Source of the DNA: Heteronotia binoei
Lineage: Eukaryota
Assembly: GCF_032191835.1 (NCBI RefSeq)
Contig: NC_083224.1
Coordinates: 66,092,001 to 66,156,000, forward strand
Direction of reading: 5' to 3'
Length of the DNA stretch: 64,000 nucleotides
Below, piece by piece: positions 58,574 to 64,000 of this stretch (the stretch's first letter is position 1; each line of letters begins with the position of its first letter). The notes under the pieces are model-generated. The model did no database searches. It was given only the letters and a program-made list of their open reading frames with translations, and was not told the DNA's origin. The translations under genes were made by a program, and so were the position numbers.

Positions 58574-61469
58574 TGTGATGAATTCAGGCAGTCAGCCTGG
58601 TAGCTGGGAACAGCTTGCTCTGATTGGTTGACCAGCAGTCATGGTAACCAAAATGTATCAATTTCTTGAATGCTGGCAGAGTGAGAAAAAAACACTTCAG
58701 AGTTAGTTCTGCTTTGGGACTGAAGCAGTGCAGAGCTGAGAGATAGCTCTGGTGTGAGTTCAGTCTGGAAACTGAAGAAGACAGTTGTGAAGATCAACTG
58801 GAAACGGGCTGAGACAGGCTGTAGGCTGAATTCCTTGAGAGGCAGAACTGATTTGGGAGTTTTGTCTGTGAGAGTTATTATGAGGAAACTCTCTGATTGG
58901 AAGCTGAGGGGTTCTGTCAGGACATCAGGGCAGATTCCTGGTACAAATTAGAACACCGACACACACAGGAAGTGAGAGACTAGATTCTGGTGACTCTAAC
59001 ACTATATGTTAGTAGCTTCTCAAGAGAGGAGACTAGATCCAGCCAGTTTATACAAAGTCTTACTCAACTGTGCGATTTAACCCATACCACATCACTTTGT
59101 TCATTCAGGCCCCATGATCTGCAGTGTATTTTGGTGATCAAAGGCAACCTTGTGCCTCCTCTTCAGCAGTGGGAAAGCTGTTTGGATACCATTAGCCCAT
59201 AGTCTTCCCACTTAGCTTGAAATTTCTGCTGCTGTTTTCTTACTATACTCAAAATCTTACTATACGCTACAATGACCAGAGGCCAGCATTTTCCAGTAAT
59301 TATTGGATGTATTTCATGCCCTCTGATGTACTATAACACATGTGCCTGTTATTAAAACAAGACTCCTGCAAATAGAAAGGATTTTAATGAGGCTGTATTC
59401 ATGTACCGTTAAAAAATTTTCAACAATATTTAACACTATAAAGTCTCAAGTATTAGGTGTAATTATGCTGCAGTGTATATGGTCTCATGGATGTTTGCAT
59501 CTTATTTGGACTTTAACTTTATACAGCGTCACCTAATTACTTATGTATGAGATATTTGTCTTTGTGTAAAAAGTTTAATCACAGTTTGTATTTCCCTACG
59601 CTTGCATGTGGCAGCTTCAATTGTGATGTTTCTATTTCATTTGAATTCTGTGAATTTCAGCCTAACCATATCTATTCAGACATTCCCTTCACTAGGTTCA
59701 ATGAAGTTTACTTCCAAGTAACCCATATAGAATTACAGCCTGAAATTGACAGATTCATCCTTATCCCAAGCCACATTTCTATTTTAATTATATACAGCAT
59801 TCCCTTCTCAATATTTAAAATCAAGCCCTTAAAATGTAAGTCCAGATTATATGTTTGAGAAAAAGCAACTCACTCTTCCACTATCACCATCCCATAATCA
59901 GTGCTCACTAGTATCTGTGGACAAATGATCCAATAGAACTGAAAACAATTCAATCAAACAAAAATAGGAGAATGCACCTCTTTAGCAATGGATTCCTTAC
60001 AAACAAGATAATATTGGATGCCTAGCAGCAACAAAGCATTCATCATTTGCTGCTCAATTTGCACACAAAACTTGGACTGCTTCACTACTACTGAAGAGCT
60101 TTACTTCAGATCTAAGAGAAAATATTTTTTTTGCTTTCATATGTTTTGCTAGGGGAGCTACTCAAACATCTGAGCAGTAATCAGATGTATTCCTGCTCTT
60201 TTCTTTATTTTGTCACCAAGTCTCTGGCATGTTGCCACTATGATCCACTATGAGTTGAAGTTTCCAACCCTGTTCTGAGAATTAGTAAGTTATGATGCCA
60301 ACTTTAAGACAGCACCCTGTTTGTTACAGAGAGGGCTTGCGATATTCAGAGTATCTATCAGGCCTATGAATCAGAGGCTGTTCTCAAAGAAACCAAATAT
60401 TAGTTCACAGGCCAGGCTGTGCAGTTTGAAAGAATTTTTTTTTAATTAGAAACTATTGATGCTGGAGTGAATAGCTTCTTGGATTATTTGTCAAACCAAA
60501 CTTGGTGCATAAAGTCAGAAGACCTTTGCCTGTTTATCTATTCAAATCTACATTCAGCAAAAACAGAATCATACCATCACCCAAAGAATCCTTTGAATTT
60601 CTTAATATCAAAAAGACCTTTTGAGGAGTTCCTTTTGGAGGACAGGAACAATCACAAAAGGGTAAATCGTACATGGTTAAAGTTCAGGGTCTTAGAGGCT
60701 CAGGAGAGAAGTTTTGGACTAGCAGTTTCTAACAGTACAAAGGATGTACATTTGTTATTTAACAAATGAGTACTGCATGCCTTATTTCCCCCCACAAAGT
60801 TCTCATCAGCTCTCCAAAACAAACCTGCTATATTTAGCCCTTCTCACTACCATGTTGGATTGGTATCTATCTTCCTGACAGCAGTGCTGGGTCTTAATTG
60901 CACAACTGGAAACAGGCACAGATTTCTTCAGCATGAAATACTAGGCAGAAGCAACCTTGCTGAATTTTTACTCATCTTGCAGCTATCAAAACAAAGGCAA
61001 AGAGCCTCCATAAAAAAAGCACCTCTAGTTCACTGGCCCATATGACAGAGTATATTTCTGTACAACAAACCCACCCCCAGCCCTTCCTGCTACAGCATGC
61101 AAGATGCTGAGTTTCTTCTGGTTTAGCTTCTTCAGTATTCAGTCCAAAGAAGCTAGCTCCACTTTCCTTCTCATCACCAACTTCCCTTGTACCTCCCCAC
61201 ACTCAGGATTCTGTTGATCTAATCCAGAGGTCAGAATCTTTTATGCTAGGACACAAGCTAGCCATAGGATTATCTGTGCACAACTTCAAGCACATGTACT
61301 TACTCTATACTTGAGCAGGTATCTTGTCTTTTACAGATAGCTGAGCGACTGTGCAAATGCCTTATAATTCTGCTGCAAAAATGAAAATGAGGCTATTTTA
61401 TATGGCAGAATATAAAATATATAACAGAATCATAACACCACATGGACTTTTAAAGAGAGGGATAAGACT

Positions 61470-61540
61470 AGCCGCCCTGAGCCTGCTTCGGCGGGGAGGG
61501 CGGGATACAAATAAAAGTTTATTATTATTTATTATTATTA
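61470..61540 (+). mobile_element. Isolated L2-type 3' tail
   Basis: AGCCGCCCTGAGCCTGCTTCGGCGGGGAGGGCGGGATACAAATAAAAG(TTA)n, nearly the reverse complement of bases 1-55. Confidence 0.75.
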
Positions 61541-63690
61541 CTATCACCCATTCTGTAGAAGGAAGCCATAAGCAAAGATGACACAAAGTTGCTTTCACTA
61601 AATTCAACCATTCAAATCCACATTCTTAGGCTGCATATACACAAGCACTAAGAAACACTACACACTCCCATTCTTAGGAACCACTTGTGAGTTGACAGCA
61701 AAGAAACAGTTAATTAGCTGAGCAAGTCTTTCCTCAACCAAATCCAAATGAATTGGGATAGAAAGAGCTAAAGACATCCTTCTCCAGAGATAGAGGAGCA
61801 AACATCCTCTTTCAGCAGCTAATGAAGAGCTGAGAACTGGGACAGAAAAAAATCCATAAACATCAGAGTTTCCACTTTTTTTGCAGAAGACTGTGATAAA
61901 CAGTAAGTCTAGAAAGAAGCTTCCTTTGCAGTAAGAACTCTTCCCTATATGTGTCAGTTTTTCTTCAATTTAAGTGAAATATACCCCCTCTATTTTTACA
62001 GCATTTATAGTTGGCCTCTCCCTTAAAAAGATGCAAGGTGGATTTGGATTTCTTGGTTAGAAGCACTGCAGCAACATTTTAAGAAGTCTGGCAATCAGGT
62101 TTACAGAAACAAACACACACTATTTCTTTTGGTAATCCCCATCCAGTCAAAGGGAAAACAACTAAAGACAGCAACAACATTGAAAATGAGAAGAGGCATG
62201 TGGAAAGGACAATCATGCACACATAAAGGAAACAACTTGTGACATTCCAAGACAACATTAAAGATGACAGACCCAGATTTATTTTGAACTACAGTACCTT
62301 AAGATCTACTATACTTTTATATAATTTTACTATCATTTGCTTACATTTAGAACAACTGGTCTCTTCCCATTCTCTCTTTCCTCTTTTAAAATCATCTGCA
62401 TCTGTAGAGTGTGATTAATATTAATGCCACTATAAATGCATTTAATTTTAGTTAAGAAGAAATGAATCTGTAGGCTAATGCAATAATTAAAAATTTAAAG
62501 ATATTTTTCTAGATGTTCAAATAATTGACTTTTCATTTAAATCCATCTGTGTCAAGAGGAAAAAACAAAAATATGGCAGTATGTCACGTGCATTAAGGTA
62601 AGACTGGTTCACAATTTTTTTTAAAAAAAATGCAGTCATTTTTATAAAGATATTCAGGTACTTTTAGAGTGTCATTCTTTGTTTCCAATACTTCACAAAC
62701 AACCACAGACTAAAAAAACACATCAATTACTAAGTTGTGCTGTCAGTGCTACTACAGCCACTGAGAGCATGTTTTAACAAACACAAGAGACTTCTTCTTA
62801 TATGCAAAAGCTCCAATTCCCCTATCAAAAAACCCAGAGATATTTGAAAAGTGACAGAATGTGTTATACTAATGACAACATGCTTTTTGAAAGTTATTAG
62901 TTTTAATTCTGGTTAGACATACTTTAAACACTGAAAATCGTACTCTCTGCTCAAGTTTTTTTTAAAAAAACTAAAAATAATTATTTTACAATACTGGATT
63001 AATAATGTCATCATAAACACTTTTAGTGAAGATTACCAATATTCCTAAACAGAATGGCATTTAAAAGGCAGTTTAATCAAAAATAGCAGATCAGTTTAAA
63101 TATGCATTTAAGCCAATTTGTCATAATTCAGATACTTCTCAAATATGTGTGTGTTACTTGAATGCTATAACTACAAACAAACTGACATGGAACCAAATTT
63201 CAAAGAGTACATTAAAATATATTTCATAACTTTATTACTTTTGAAAATGATCCAAACTACTCTATGTTGATTGAAGCTTGAAGAACAGGATTTCACTGTG
63301 TTCTACCTCCTGAATTAGGGAACCAAAGTGTGTGGAGGGGGCAGCAGAAAACCCTCCACCTACCCACAAAGATGCCATTTTGCAGCAGTAAGTGTTGTTA
63401 TACTAGTGGAAATCATTTGGATTTAACTAATGGCTCAGAAACCCAAATATAGCCTCATTCACAACCTACAGTCATGATAATTCTTTGTAGACAGATACTG
63501 ATTTCTTTTCAGTGTTTCTTTCTATTTTAATTCACCCATTCAAATGTGTCCTGTAACTGCCCTTGCTAGCCCATATACACACAAACTCATTCAGAACTTG
63601 AAGCCATGTCCAATATTAGCAGTCAAATGAACATTCACTATGAAATGCAAGACATGTGCCCACATCCTTTGATCAGGGAAAAAAACCAGT

Positions 63691-63966
63691 AGAAGATGAT
63701 GATATTGGATTTATATCCCGCCCTCCACTCCGAAGAGTCTCAGAGCGGCTCACAATCTCCTTTATCTTCCTCCCCCACAACAGACACCCTGTGAGGTGGG
63801 TGGGGCTGGAGAGGGCTCTCACAGCAGCTGCCCTTTCAAGGACAACCTCTGCCAGAGCTATGGCTGACCCAAGGCCATTCCAGCAGGTGCAAGTGGAGGA
63901 GTGGGGAATCAAACCCGGTTCTCCCAGATAAGAGTCCGCACACTTAACCACTACACCAAACTTGCT
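63691..63966 (-). mobile_element. tRNA-derived SINE with L2-like tail
   Basis: Same family as 43368-43654. Head TTTGGTGTAGTGGTTAAG, B box GGTTTGATTCC. Confidence 0.88.
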
Positions 63967-64000
63967 CTCCGTACTGAGCCAACTAGATAGCAGGTAGTTA

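Noticed and set aside
58588-59000. LTR-like or CR1 5' UTR-like purine-rich segment
   Set aside because: No TSD or second copy is visible, so it cannot be classified.
54130-64000. Search for the CTTNBP2NL promoter or first non-coding exon
   Set aside because: No CpG island or supportable exon was seen; it probably lies beyond the window.

Overview
Eukaryotic (squamate, probably gecko; inferred from the SINE/LINE families) genomic DNA. It holds the four coding exons of CTTNBP2NL on the minus strand (54120-54022, 28123-27893, 25904-25797, 24495-23032; 633 aa when joined) and a ~2.5 kb putative 3' UTR. The promoter and first non-coding exon are not visible. The rest is a dense retroelement landscape. 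(i) A full-length ~7.07 kb L1 (29681-36749, minus) with a 20-bp TSD, intact ORF1, an ORF2 broken by one stop codon, a 1.5 kb inter-ORF spacer, two 5' UTR monomers and a 153-bp apparent 3' transduction. (ii) Two dissimilar DIRS1-type tyrosine-recombinase retrotransposons with ITRs, ICR, gag, RT/RNaseH, a methyltransferase-like domain and YR: one at 12504-18297 nested in a CR1 RT, one at 46860-51951 in the large intron with most of YR deleted. (iii) CR1 and L2 fragments, hAT-type MITEs with 8-bp TSDs, a palindromic MITE, three SINE families and a 100-bp intronic palindrome. The most interesting observations are the L1 3' transduction, a consensus 5' splice site at the 3' terminus of both DIRS elements, a predicted intron plus stop-adjacent uORF in the leader of DIRS #1, and the long L1 spacer with its own poly(A) and splice signals. 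All calls come from reading the sequence; no database searches were run.
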